The notes below the pieces were generated by a model. It had not been told where the DNA came from, ran no database searches, and saw nothing but the letters and a program-made list of their open reading frames with translations. A DNA stretch of 64,000 nt, from assembly GCA_051294375.1 (NCBI GenBank), contig CM119270.1, positions 19,285,572 to 19,349,571 on the forward strand, written 5' to 3'. Of this stretch, positions 44,688 to 58,620 are shown piece by piece. Every line of letters starts with the position of its first letter. Position 1 is the first letter of the stretch. Source of the stretch: Paraspadella gotoi (Eukaryota; Animalia; Chaetognatha). Both the position numbers and the translations under genes were made by a program.

Positions 44688-45455
44688 CTTCATTCTCAAA
44701 GCCGAAGCAGATTTGGCCAGAGAAAGACCAGATATCCCAATGGACAACAAGAGTCCGTAATCGACGTTGCGCCAAGAGCAGCGAAAGGATCGTGTAAATA
44801 GCTGCGCCGACGCGTCGGGGCTGCAGGAGCACTCCTGCTCCATCTTTTTCATCCCCTTCACTCTCATCAAATCCGCATGAAATCTGCAGGAGTGGAGTTT
44901 TTGGTGGACTTCGAAGCCGTAAGATTTTGAATCGTAAAAAATTGTGGGAAATCTCCTTCTGTTGTACAAGCATAAGGGTAAGCAAAGCTCCTCGGTCTCG
45001 CTCGTCCAGCGGAGGACGAGGAGGAACGTCTGGACGAGCAACTGGGGGAAAGACTCCGTCAACGTTTGAAGCAAAGTCATTGATTCTTCCAACGCGAGTT
45101 TCTTGGTTTTTTCCAACGGATTCCGGTCGACGGAGAACGTCTCGTCCAAATGATTATCGATGGAAATCGGCAAGAGACCCAATCCGATCACGTGACACGC
45201 CACCGTCGCCATCTTGAATTCACCGCGCCCCAAGAGTCGCCGGTAGAGGTCTCTCTCTTTGCGAATGACGACGAGACCGTAGGCGGAGGAGACGACGCAG
45301 TGGACGACGAAAATGAGCGAGAGAATCTTGGAGCCGACGAAGTTGATTGTCGGGTGAGGATGTGAGGAATGGTCGCTGATGGTCTTTATGTCGGTGAAGG
45401 CATCGAGGATCGCGAGAAACAAGCTCACGATCGAGAAGAGGGGTTTAATATTCAT
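44688..45455 (-). CDS. XK-related (XKR/CED-8 family) membrane protein, first exon
   Basis: ATG at 45455. TM1 followed by D-x-x-TD (LDAFTDI), the hallmark ESFPQLLVQ and SIGISGLSLA motifs, and donor AAG|GTGAAT at 44687. Confidence 0.85.
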
Positions 45456-47002
45456 TTTTTTAATATATTTTCTATATTGAACAAACGATTTTCGAGACTA
45501 TAAACTTTCAAACGTCGCAAAAAAAGTAAGAGCACTTTATACATCGGAAAAAGTCAAAAGGCGAACGTCGAGTTTCCATGGCAATTTTTTTTAATTTGAT
45601 TTTTCGAAATATTTAATCATAAAGTTCGTCGGAGGGAGGCAACCAAGCAGTTTGCTATCAATTTGGTATGTTCGGTTTTTTATTTTTAAACTTATTCGTC
45701 GGAAAGAATAATAATCTTTATAGATGACTAATAGTCATTGACTATGAACAAGATTAGACTCGAGTTTACAAAATTTAGCGAATATAAATGTTCGAATATC
45801 TTATCAAATGAAAAAAAAATAAGAATTCGTATTTCAGCGTTCCGTCGATCCAGCCACTGGGACCGATGTTTCATTTTTAATCTATTAAGTCGATTCATTG
45901 ATGAAATTATTTTGACGGCAAAGGAGAGAGAAATGTTTCGAGCAAAAATTAATTAACAAGTCAAAAATCATAAATCATAAAATAAAAGGAAAAAAAAGTA
46001 ACAACATTGAAACAAACATAAACAGAAACATTAACATAAACATAAACAACAATTTCGTGGCATAACTGATAACCAAAAAAATAATTTAAAATACTTCTCC
46101 TCCTAAATCTCCTCTCTCTCCTTCTCTCATCTCTCTCTCTCGTCTCTCTCTCATCTCTCTCTCGTCTCTCAATCCTCTCTCATCTCATTCCTCCTCTCTC
46201 CTCTCTCTCTCTCTCTCGTATTTCCTCTCATCCCCCGACCTCAACCGGTGACCTGAACGAGGGCAGAGCCAAAGGCAGCCCATATTTTAAAAACCCCAAC
46301 CTTGACTGAGAGTGGAAGAAAGGAGGATGGAGGAAAGGAAAGGAGGGGGAAGAATAAAAGAGAGGAAAGGAAAGGAGGGGAAAGAAGAAAAGGAGGAAAG
46401 GGAAGAAGGGGGAACAAGAAAAGGGAAGAAAGGTAAGGAGGGGGAAGAAGTAAAGAGAAAGAAGAAAGAAGAAGTAAAAGAAAAGGAGGAAAGGGAGGGA
46501 GGAGAAAGAAGGAAAAAGAAAGATGTTGAGGAGGGAGGAATAAGAAAGAAACGAGGAAAGGAAGGGAAAAAAAAAGAAATATAAGAAGAGAGGAAAAAAG
46601 GAAAGAAGTAAGAAGAGAAAAAGGAAGAAGGAAAGTAGGAAGAGGTAAAAGAGGCAGATAATAAAAAAGGAAAAAAAAGGAGAGCGAAAAAATGGATGAA
46701 AAGAAAGACGAGAGAAAGAAGAGAGTGAGGATGCGGCGAATGTGAATGAAATATAATTGTCACGTCTCAAAATTTTGGCGTCGAATAATAAAAGTATTAC
46801 GACCTGCATCTAAATTATTCTGATTAACTTGGCGAATCCTTTATTTTATTTACAATGTTGCATTCTAAATTATAACAGAAAAAAGATACTTTTTCATATT
46901 CTACAATTATTAGACAGTTTAGTTATTTGCAACAACAATTTATTTTCAAAAGACGAACATATTTCAGCTCAGGATTCTACAATATAAACGAGACTGCAGG
47001 AT

Positions 47003-47158
47003 AGTCTTGATCGAAAGCTTGCTGGGACTTGCTATGTTATTATCTTGTTAGTGTGATGGAAGCCTTAAACCACCAAATCCTGTCCAATGGCAGGGGCAGG
47101 ATAGCTTATTTATTAAATGAAAGAATAATTTTTATATTGGTTTTGCCAATTTCATTTA
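47003..47158 (+). mobile_element. Short dispersed repeat, copy 2 of 3
   Basis: Colinear with about 2751-2905. Confidence 0.7.
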
Positions 47159-47468
47159 AAATTCATTTCTTAAATCACACAACTTTGCCGAACGAGGAAG
47201 GAAACTCCTCTCGTCACTTTTCCTCAAAACCCGAAGATCAAATGAAGGGAAAAAAAAGGGGATTTCTTGTTCCAACGAACGAAATGTTGTTTCTGCAAAA
47301 AGGGGGCAATCCCGCAAACTGTGAACTTTGGCAACTTGTAATCCTGATCCTCTTTTTAACGGAAAACCCAGCCTGTGTCACTTTTTTTGCTTTTATTGAA
47401 GAAAGCCAGGGGTGGGAAGCTGGAAGGATACGAGAGAGGAGAGAGAGAGAGAAGGGAGGGAGAGAGAG

Positions 47469-47502
<34 letters not shown>

Positions 47503-47801
47503 GAGAGAGCGAGGAGAGAGAGAGAAAAGAGAGAGAGAGAGAGAGAGAAGGAGAGAGAGAGAGAGAGAAGAGAGAGACGAGAAGACGAGAGAGCGAATCG
47601 AAAAACGGTGTGACGTCAGCAATCAGTCCGCCTGGATAGAATCAAGTGATGCGATAAAAAAAACATGGGAAAAAAAAATACTCGAAAGAAAACGTTAAAA
47701 GGAAAAATTCGAAAATAAAAAAAAAGAAAAAAGGGAGCGGAAGAGAGAGGAGAGAGGAAAGGAGAAGAGAGAAGAGAGAGAGAGAGAAAGAGAGAAGAGA
47801 A

Positions 47802-47871
<70 letters not shown>

Positions 47872-50129
47872 AGAGAGAGGAATATCGTGAACTCAGCGCA
47901 CTCTTTCAAAAGACATTTATCATGATTTTCTTGAACAGTCCTCAATGGCAATGGGTGACTGAACGCCATCAACTGACACGAGGACGACGACAGCCGACAT
48001 GGAATTTTTCTTTAATTTCTTTCCCGCCCATGTCACTCTCCTTCTCTTTTCCTCCGATCTCCTCGTCATCCTCTCTCACGTCTCTCTCGTCCCGCTCCTC
48101 GTCTCCTCTCTTTTCATCCCATCGTCTCTCTCNNNNNNNNNNNNNNNNNNNNNNNNNTGCTAACTTTTCTTGTTTTCCTCTCTTTCACTTTTCTCTCCTT
48201 CTCTCGAGCCCATCAACCGCTGGGGCTGTTGTAGGCAGCTGTTGTTTCCAAACTTGTTTTGCCTTAAGAGCCTCGTTTTTTTGGGAGGGCGGACGGACAA
48301 GGGGGAGAGATGGTGTCGGACAGGGGAGTGGCGTCGGGCAAAAGGAGAGGTGAACCGGCGGGGATAGAGAGAGAAAGATGGAGAATGGGAAATGAAAGAG
48401 AAAAGGTGAGGTAATTGGAAAGAGATAAAACAAAGGGGAGACCAAAAGTAAGGAAAGTAAGAAAAAAGTAAAGAAAGTGAGGAAAATTAAATTAAAATTA
48501 AGTAAATGAGACGAAACGCGTTTAATGAGGTTAGACGGTGGAACAAAGAAGAGGGAAAACATTGTAAGAGATTGGACGAAACATTAGTAATGAGAAAGAA
48601 AAACATGTGATACAATATTCTATAAATATATAAATATATAATAACACTAATAATAAAAAATACTGGAGATCTTAAGGCAAGAGAGAATTGAGAAGGAAGT
48701 ACGCGAGTTGAAGGCGTCTCGCTCTCGCTTTCGCTTTCGTCGTCTCGTTGGGATGAGAATTTTAGAGACGACTTCACTCCCTCTCTCTCCCTCTGTCTCT
48801 ATCTCTCTTTTTCAATATTTATTTTTTAAAATTAAAATTCAAACGTTCTTAAATACTAGTATTTCAAATTCTTTTAAATTCTAAATTCTTCCATTTGTAA
48901 GATTCACAATTAATTATTAATTTGAACGGTAACAAAAAAAAAATAATTGCGTTTATGAAAGTCGTAATTCTATATTCAGAATTGACACTTCTCCGGAAAA
49001 AAAACTGTAATTTATTTATTTGTTTATTATTTACATATTTACTTAATCTTTATTTGTTTTCGCAGTGAATCTCNNNNNNNNNNNNNNNNNNNNNNNNNNN
49101 NNNNNNNNNNNNNNNNNNNNNNNNNNNNNNNNNNNNNNNNNNNNNNNNNNNNNNNNNNNNNNNNNNNNNNNNNNNNNNNNNNNNNNNNNNNNNNNNNNNN
49201 NNNNNNNNNNNNNNNNNNNNNNNNNNNNNNNNNNNNNNNNNNNNNNNNNNNNNNNNNNNNNNNNNNNNNNNNNNNNNNNNNNNNNNNNNNNNNNNNNNNN
49301 NNNNNNNNNNNNNNNNNNNNNNNNNNNNNNNNNNNNNNNNNNNNNNNNNNNNNNNNNNNNNNNNNNNNNNNNNNNNNNNNNNNNNNNNNNNNNNNNNNNN
49401 NNNNNNNNNNNNNNNNNNNNNNNNNNNNNNNNNNNNNNNNNNNNNNNNNNNNNNNNNNNNNNNNNNNNNNNNNNNNNNNNNNAAAAGGAGAAAAAAAGAA
49501 AAGAAAATAAAAAAGAAAAATAGAAAAGAAAATAAACGAATATAAAAAGAAATGAAGAGAAAAAGAAACGAAAAAAAAAGAAAAAAAAAGAAAAGAAAAA
49601 GAAAAGAAAAAGAAAAAGAAAAAGAAAAAGAAAAAAATGAAAAGAAAATAGAAGAAAAGAAAAAGAAAAAGGAAAAATAGAAAAAAAAAAATTAAAGAGA
49701 ATTTCAGCGCCTGAGAGAAAGAAGGATTCGGTTTTCGGGCACCTGATTTAATCAGGCGACACCTGACGAATTTCGAAGGCGCACCTGCTTGCACCTGTCG
49801 AGGGTCGATGGCACCTGCGGGGNNNNNNNNNNNNNNNNNNNNNNNNNNNNNNNNNNNNNNNNNNNNNNNNNNNNNNNNNNNNNNNNNNNNNNNNNNNNNN
49901 NNNNNNNNNNNNNNNNNNNNNNNNNNNNNNNNNNNNNNNNNNNNNNNNNNNNNNNNNNNNNNNNNNNNNNNNNNNNNNNNNNNNNNNNNNNNNNNNNNNN
50001 NNNNNNNNNNNNNNNNNNNNAAAGAAAGAAAGAATAATTGATAAAAGTTTAAAAAAAAGATTAGAATGACTCTAACTCTAACATGACTTTGTCGACGAAG
50101 ACTACGACATTAACGACGACGACAATGAG

Positions 50130-50164
<35 letters not shown>

Positions 50165-50434
50165 CTGAATTCATCGAATTGACGTTGATTACGAAGTTGG
50201 AAACTTCCGTTCGAAGGACGACGACGGCAAAAAGAAGACAACAACAACGACGACGACGACGAAGACTACGACGACGACGACAACGACGATTAATTAGACT
50301 CTGATGACCGCAAATGTGACGACGACAACAACAACAACAACAACAACAACCGAGCAGACGTCGTCCAAATCCTCATCGACGTCTCTCAAGGTCGAAGAGG
50401 AAATTTTAGTTCGATCAACGATTGAGTCAAATTC

Positions 50435-50850
50435 TCTTTAGAGAAAAGAACAACCTATCTTTAGTGGAGGACAACCTATCTTTAGAAAAAAAATCTTTAG
50501 AGAAGAACAAACTCTCTTTAAAAAAAACAACCTTTATTTAAAAAAGGGACGTACTTTCTTTGAAAAAAGACAACCTATCTTAAGAAAAGGACATCTTTTT
50601 AGAAAAATACAACCTCTCTTTAGAAAAGGACAACCTCTCTTTATAAACGGACTAGCACTTTTTAAAAAAAGACAACCTCTCTTTAGAAAGGGAGAACCTC
50701 CCTTTTGAAAAGGACAACCTATCTTTAGAAAGGAAAATCCTGACTTAAGGAAAGCACAACCTCTCTTCAAAAGGGGCAACCTATTTTTAAAGACGGACAA
50801 CCTATTTTTAAAGACGGACAACCTCTTTTAAAAGACGGACAACCCATTTT
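50435..50850. repeat. 21-bp minisatellite (TTTAGAAAAGGACAACCTCTC), roughly 19 units
   Basis: Directly visible; 7-aa periodicity in ORF 50534-50821. Confidence 0.9.
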
Positions 50851-52484
50851 ATTAAAAGCACAAAGAAAAAAGAAAAGAAAGAAGAATCTTTCCTACTCTT
50901 GCCTCTGGATACAATTCTACTCTTATATTCAACGCTTTTACCAAGAACATAATTTCTAAGACAAATTTCTATCACGTTCTCCATCACTACAATCAACTTC
51001 TCCATCACTAAAACTAACAGGAGCGCGACTTCGACAAGAATTCCGATAATTATGAGTCATGTTTTCATTTCCCTCTCGAGGGGAGATACCGATACGACTC
51101 TCTCTCNNNNNNNNNNNNNNNNNNNNNNNNNNNNNNNNNNNNNNNNNNNNNNNNNNNNNNNNNNNNNNNNNNNNNNNNNNNNNNNNNNNNNNNNNNNNNN
51201 NNNNNNNNNNNNNNNNNNNNNNNNNNNNNNNNNNNNNNNNNNNNNNNNNNNNNNNNNNNNNNNNNNNNNNNNNNNNNNNNNNNNNNNNNNNNNNNNNNNN
51301 NNNNNNNNNNNNNNNNNNNNNNNNNNNNNNNNNNNNNNNNNNNNNNNNNNNNNNNNNAGAGAAAAAAAGCATAACAAATTCGTCGACGGGCAGAAATGAT
51401 TTTTGTCACCACGTGAATTCACCGAGGTCACTCACGCGTGAAAATTCCCCCTTCACCCCTCCCCCCCCACAACTTGTTTGTTTTTCCGCGTTGCGATGGT
51501 AACGCGACGATCCGGTTTGTTTCTCGAAAAAAAAAAAGGATTTTAGATTAAAGTTTGATTGAATTGCAATTTAAAGATTTAAAATAAGTGCTTGGCGTGA
51601 AGTAGGGTAATAGCTAAAGGAGCAGTGAACCACATATTACATATCGAAATCAAAACTGGAGTCACTTCACCCCTGATTTTCGTTAATACCTAAAGAATGC
51701 CCAAAGATCAAATAATGGATCAAAAAGACATAAAAATGCTAAAGTAAATACACTTAAATCCGAAACCCACGACAAGATTCTTCAGAATTTCCCTCAAACC
51801 CGCCTCACTTCAAGTTCACAACTCTTCACCGATTTCGTTCACTCTGCGATTCATTGTTCCAAATCACAATAGAATTTGTCGCCTCCTGACTTTTCTTTCG
51901 CTGAAAAGATTTTCGGTTCCGAAACATTTTTTCGCCTTCGTGGATTTCTTACTTATTTTTTTGAATCCATTAATATATCATCGCAGGAGTATTTTAATCA
52001 TATTTTATTCATTATATACATGTCTTGTCACTAGTATGTCAACCCGTTTACCCTTACAAAGCAAACAACGACCACCACCGTCAAAACAACGGAAACTGCA
52101 TCAAGAACAACAACGACCACAACAACAACAATAACAACACGCCTTCGAATTTAGCCTCCGCTAATTTTTTAAGCCAATTTTTCTTTCCTTATTTTTTTTC
52201 TTCTTTCCTCCTTTTCTATTCTTCAACTCGAAGCAAAACCTCCCCTTCGATTATTCGTCACGCTTCGCGATCGAACATTTTGCTCTCTGCTTCGACTTTT
52301 CTAAATCCTGATACTTTTCCCCACTGCCCTTCACTTCTCCTCCCCACTCCTATTCCCTGCTCCTCCCCGCTCCCCTTTATTTATCCTCCCTACTCCCTTC
52401 GCTCTTTCTCCTCATATTTTTATCCTTCATCTCTTTTGACTCCCCCTTTCCCGCCTCTCTCTCTCTCTCCTCTCTTCTCTCTCG

Positions 52485-52520
<36 letters not shown>

Positions 52521-52911
52521 CTCTCTCGTCTCGTCTCTCTCTCTATTTTATTGTTTCTCTCGTTAGCCCTTTTGTCTGTTTTGGTCTGCGACCAAAAAAA
52601 AANNNNNNNNNNNNNNNNNNNNNNNNNNNNNNNNNNNNNNNNNNNNNNNNNNNNNNNNNNNNNNNNNNNNNNNNNNNNNNNNNNNNNNNNNNNNNNNNNN
52701 NGAGAGAGAAAGATACCGTCACGGTCGAGGTCACAGCGTTTCTCATTGGTGATCGGAATTCGAAAAATTATAAAATAGATTATAACAAATTAATAACTAT
52801 TGTTTAGCTCTACACCAAGGGTTCAGCGCATTGTATGAACTGAGCTCTGATTGCAAGTATTTATGCAGAAAATTGTTTATGATTTTTCTATGCTTTGGGT
52901 CGCGCGTTTGA

Positions 52912-53104
52912 GGCGTCGCCCGTACAAAATGTACGACAAGAGTTGATGTTTATGAATATTTTATCATTGCATCCAAAAAACTCGTAGAAACTTATTTTGA
53001 TACGGGCAGACGTTTCAATGATTCGAACATTAGTTTGAATGACAATGTCACGGGAAACCAGACTAAAAATAGACCTTAAAACGGGCGGTTTCAATGACGA
53101 TAAA
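52912..53104 (+). CDS. Candidate exon of an extracellular glycoprotein
   Basis: RVDVYEYFIIASKKLVETYFDTGRRFNDSNISLNDNVTGNQTK with four N-x-S/T sequons. After one frameshift it reads KIDLKTGGFNDDK, ending at a GTAAGT donor (53105). Confidence 0.35.
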
Positions 53105-55176
53105 GTAAGTGGTCAGACGGGTTGACCAGGAAAAGAGAAAGACTCAGCGAGGTAAATTATTCTTCAATTTATGTACCACTCTTGTCAAATTTCTAAAATG
53201 ATCTTTTGTTTATTTCAAATTAAGATTCTACAGTATATTGCCTAACTCAACCAAAGGCTTTTAAAGTTTAATTTCAAATTTCACGACATAAAATTATCGT
53301 TTCTCTCACAAGATGACGTTGAACAAGAAGAAAATCACATAAAATGATGACTCAACTTTCGAGTGAAATTCTTTCCGTTTGTCTTCCGCGTCGCGCGATA
53401 CGCAATGCGATTACGAGTTACGTCTCACGTCTCACGGTCTCACGTGACAACGAATCACAGTCACGGACTTTCGCGATTCGAATGTAATCTCAAAGGACGA
53501 AGATAAAAGGGGGACAATTTTTCATAGAAGAGGGTAAGGGGTAGAGGATAAGGGGTAGAGGGTAAGGCCGTAAGGGGTAGAGGGTAAGGGGTTGTTTGGG
53601 TGAGTAAATGGTGAAGCGTGATTAAAGTGGGAGTTCAGTGAAAAAATAGTCAGTGGATAGTGGACTCCGGGGGTCTGAGGATTCGCCAGGGTTTTCCACG
53701 GCCCCAGTGGGGTTTACGGCCGGCCTCAATAGTTAACTAGTTGGGATCGATCAAGGCAACTACTGAATGAGCCAGCGGGTCTCAACTATATGCGGGGTGA
53801 ACTGTTCATTGTGAAATGCCAGCGACGAGAGAGGCGTTTTGCTCGCTACGGTAAACATGAAACGTTATTTTCAACCAAGAAATAGAACTGGCTGATGGGT
53901 ATGGCAACTGGGTAAGGGAAAGAGTAGAAGGTAAAAACTGGAAGTGGTTTAGGGGTCAGGCCACGCAGATGTCCGCTTGAGTGAAAGTGCGAAAAGGTAA
54001 GGTTGGAGGGGAGAAAGGGCGGGATGATGGGAAAAGGTAAGGTTGGAGGCGGGAGGGGAGCCCCCTCTCCTCCCATTTCAGAGCGAAACGACGTAATTTG
54101 GAAAAGATTATTTTTTTGCTCTTTTATCAGTGAAAATCTCTGTTCGCTTCGACGAACGAATGAATCACGAGCGACATCTGTGGTCGGTAGGAGGGAGGAG
54201 GAAAAGGGGTAATGGTTGTGGTTGTGGTGGTTGGGGTGGAAATATTTTTTTTAAATTTTAATTGGTCCAAATTATTTTTATTTTTTTCAATAAAGTTTTA
54301 ACATTTAAAAAGATTAAGGAAAGGAAAGGAAAGGATTAAAGAGTTTTTAACTATCTTAAATAGATTTAAGGAAAGAAAAAAGAAAAAAGGAAAAAAAGAA
54401 AAAAAAAGAAAAGAAAGGAAAAAGAAAGAAAAGAAAAGAAATAAGAAACAATGAAAAGAAAAAAAATAAAAAAAAATAAGAAGAAGGACAAAGAAAAACA
54501 AGATAAAGGATAAATAAAAGAAAGCCAAGATAAGAAAAAGAAAAGAAGAAAAGTTTAAAAAAAGAAAAGAAAGAAAAGAAAAGAAGAAGAAAAAGAAAAG
54601 AAATAGAAAGAAAAAGATAAAAGAAAAGAAAAGAAAAGAAAGAAAATGAAAGGAAAAAGAAAAAGAAGAAGAGAAGAAAAAAAACAACACAAAAACCCAT
54701 TTAACACTTTGTCTCCCAAGGATAAATCAATTTCCGTTGCTTCTCGTTCTCTCGTCTCTCTCTCCTCTCCCTCTCTCTTTCTCTCTCGTCTCTCTCTACT
54801 CTCTTCTCTCTCTCTCTTCTCTTCTCTCTGTCTCAACGGATTGACGCGAACGGCCCGCGTTGACGCGTTCTCGCGGTACGAAACGTTTGTCCGCGTCAGG
54901 CGACGTTTCCGCGTTTCACGAAGGCGTCGCCCGCCGCCAACTCTGCACCGCGATGCGAAGCTTTTCGTTTTTCTATCGCGTTCGCATTAGGTTTAATTTG
55001 CATTAAAAGAAATTCGTCACACTGGCGGGGAGAAAGGAGGGGAGTGGGACGACGACGACGACGACGACGACGGACTGGACGGCGGGGATGAGGAAGAGAA
55101 TTTGAAAACAATTTCAATTGTCATTAAGATGAACGAGGGGGTGGAGAGGACTAGAGTGGGAGAGAGAGGAGAGGAT

Positions 55177-55229
<53 letters not shown>

Positions 55230-56623
55230 ATAGAGAGAGCAGAGATAGGAGGAGGAGAGGAGAGAGAGAGAGAGAGAAGGGCGTGAAGAAATAAGGTAAT
55301 TACAGCGGAGGTGACTGTCTGATCGACTTCGGATGGCGATTGCAGTGGAAAATTGACACGAATTTCAGGTCGGAAAAGGGTTGTGACCGTACAGACAGAC
55401 GATTGGGAAAAGGATGAGGTCTCTGAACATCAAGGATCATCGTCTAATGCCTGGAAACGATTGTGAAAAAGAAAAGCCAGAGAAATCGTGAGAAAGAATT
55501 CTCAAGATTTCCATTTTTCGAAACCAATCTCACAATCACGATTCTTTCTTTGACAATCAATCGAATCATAACAGCGTCTCAAGTCGAGTTCCCTTTACGC
55601 GTTTACAGCTCGAACAGACTCACGTTCAGTCAAGCAGGCTGTGGAACAATCAACGACGGGGTCACGTCGACCCGTCACGCTAGCGTCTTCCGTGACGTCA
55701 AAACGTCACACGGCACGCGTCACAAAGAAAAAAAAATAGAAATTCGATGGACGATAGCAGATTTTTCAACCTTCGAAAGTCAGAACTGCTCTTTTTCCCC
55801 AGAACGACCATGTTTTGTTTATTTATCAAAAGTTTAATTTTGAATCTTAATATTTATTTAAATGTATTTTATACTTCGTGACCCAAACCATAACCCTAAT
55901 TTTTAAAAAGCCTAATGCCAGCCTTAACTTTAATCCTAAACTTTAATTAAGCTTTTAATTTAAAAACAAGTTTTGACAAACAATGTCGGATCTGCCTACG
56001 GATAATTAATTAATTAATTGATTAATTAATAATTAATTGATAGATTAATTAATTTATTAATAGATTAATTATATTAATTTAATAAGTTAGATAGATTAAT
56101 TATAATTTATATTCAGCTTGTCGATATCGATGTCCTTAAATTGAGTCAGGACAGTTATTAAATGTTTTGTTAACAGTTTATCAAAAACAAACAAATCATC
56201 TCATTATTCGAGCCAGGCGGGCAAAGCCCGTCCTGTTAGATTTTTTTCGGATTTAGCTTTCGGTCTCGCTTTTTTTTGCAATTCATGGCTTCTGAAAGTG
56301 TGTATTTATTCATAGAGGAGTTGAATTTTCATATATTGGCTTCTAATCATCAAGATCTTTTTAAAATTCTTCATGTTATCTGCATATCAATATTGGTATT
56401 TTGTTTATGTTTTATTTACAAAACAAACGTTTTTTAATTTATATGTCGCTTCTTCTCTCTTTTTTCTCCGTCACTGCTTCTTTCTTAAAAACGAGTTTCC
56501 GGCTCGTGCAGCGTTTGTCCAGCTTCTTTCTCTTCTCTCTCTCTCTCTCTCTCTCTGCTCTTCTCTCTTTTTTTTACAAAAATTTTTTTAGTTTTAGAGT
56601 ATAGATGTGGGGTTCACTAATGT

Positions 56624-56708
56624 AAAAAAACGATGCCTGGCGGAACAGGGCTTGCGAACCCGGATCCTTTGGGTAGAGAAAGCTCACGCTTACGTTGCGG
56701 CGCCAGTT
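56624..56708 (-). pseudogene. tRNA-derived sequence (tRNA pseudogene or SINE head) inside the element
   Basis: Minus strand: A-box-like TGGCGCCGCAACG, B-box/T-arm-like CCGGGTTCGCAAGCCC, then a T7 run. Isotype cannot be assigned. Confidence 0.45.
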
Positions 56709-57085
56709 AAGTACTGTCTGATTCTTTAACGGTTAAAGGGGCTGTTAGAGGCTTTCTCCTCTCTCTCTCTTTAATTATTATAAATCGCTCTATTCTCTTT
56801 CCTTTTTTCTTTGCAGCGGCTGTCTCTCTCTCTTTTTCTCTCTCTCTCTCTTGTCTCTCTGTCTCTCTGGTGTGTTGTCTGTCCCTATCTTGTTCCGTAT
56901 CTTTTTGCGTGATCGTTTTGTTTTTTGAAAATTCTTGATTATTTTTTTCCGTTCTAAAAACTTTTTATTATTGCCATTTATTCGCGCTTTTTTTCAAGTA
57001 CTAAAATCCCTATTCATGCCGAGATTTTCGTGGATTTATTCTTTTCTTTCTCTCTCTTGTCTCCTCTTTTCTTTCCTCTTTCTCT

Positions 57086-57123
<38 letters not shown>

Positions 57124-57639
57124 CACTCATACACGCATTTGATTTGTTTTATTGACTATCATGCGCATCAAATTGATGACAATCATCGAATGCAATGTAA
57201 TGAATCATCGCTATCACTAAATATGACTATCATCACAGCAGGTGAGATGGGGACTATCATCGCATCAATAATTGATTATCATCGAATCAATATCATTCTA
57301 TGAATCAATAAAATTTACTTTACATCAATCATATTAGGTAGTTACCTCATATCAATTACTAGTACATCAACAATTCGTTTATCGCATGATTCATTCGTTT
57401 TTCCCGGTTTTTTTCATTAATTTTCTATGATGTGGGCTCTGGCTCGATCTTGAGTTCTTGTTTAAGATTTTTTTATTTTTATGTCTCCTTTCTCCTCTCT
57501 TCTCTCTCACCTCTCTCTTTCTCTCTCTCACTCTCTCTCTCTCTTCTCTCACTCTCTTCTTTCTCTTCTTCTCTCTCTCTCTTTTTATGCCAATAGCGAC
57601 GATCCTTATTGCTTTTTAAGATTTTTTTAACTTGCTTCA

Positions 57640-58620
57640 TTTTTTCAACTTGCATCATATTTTTCAACTTGCATTCCGTCAAACTTCATTATATCTAGCT
57701 TTCTTCACTCACTTTTCTACCGGCTCACAAAATTTCTTCTCATCTATCATGGGTTAAATAAAATAAAAAGATTTCAAGTAAATGTGACTCATATTTTTTT
57801 TCATTTAAACTCATTTCCAGCTGGTACGTTTCACTTGAACTTTATATCAGCTTCGTCATACGTTTCTACCCCACACACAAAATTTCAACTTTCTATTCCA
57901 TCCAGATTATGGATTAATTGGAGTATTTATTGTGTAAATTAGTTAAAATGTTTTTAGTAATTTCGACTTTTATTTTTTTTTCCATTTAAATAATTTTCAC
58001 TCACACGATTCCATCGAATTTTATATCCAGCTTTATCACACACTTTCCTACCCAACACAAAATTTAATTTCCGAAGTCCAACCAGCGCAATCACGAGTTA
58101 TTGGAGGCTTTTTTGCTAAGATGGGACGGGTATGGACGGATGATTGCTAATTAATTTAATTATTGCATTAATTTATTACTAATTTGGTGATTATTAAGCT
58201 GATTAGATTAATTATTTGGATTTTATTATACTATCCTGCTGATACATTTATAGTATAAAAGGAAAAGGAAGCATAATCAATTATTTAAAAACAGGTTTTT
58301 TGTTTTTTTCCATTTTAAACTGCGATTTCACTCAAACTATTCCGATCGAAAACTTGATTTCTGTTATTCACACACTTTTCCTACCCACATGTACCAAAAT
58401 TCCAGGTTCAGATCAGCCCATCCACTCTATGAGGCAATTGGTTGTTCAAATAGTGAATATATTTTTTTTTGTTTTTTCCATTTAAATCTTTCACTTCGGA
58501 CGATTCCGATCGAACTTCGATATCCAGCTCGAATCACACACTTACTTATCCACACAGCAATATTTTCATTTAAATTCCCCATCCATCCATATCAGAGTAA
58601 TTGGTGTTTCTTTTGCTAAG
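57640..58620 (+). repeat. About five diverged ~170-180-bp internal repeats of the Helentron-like element
   Basis: Unit TTTTCCATTTAAA...TTCCATCGAACTT...CACACACTTTCCTACCCACAC..AAAATTT at about 57650, 57795, 57975, 58300 and 58470. Confidence 0.7.
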
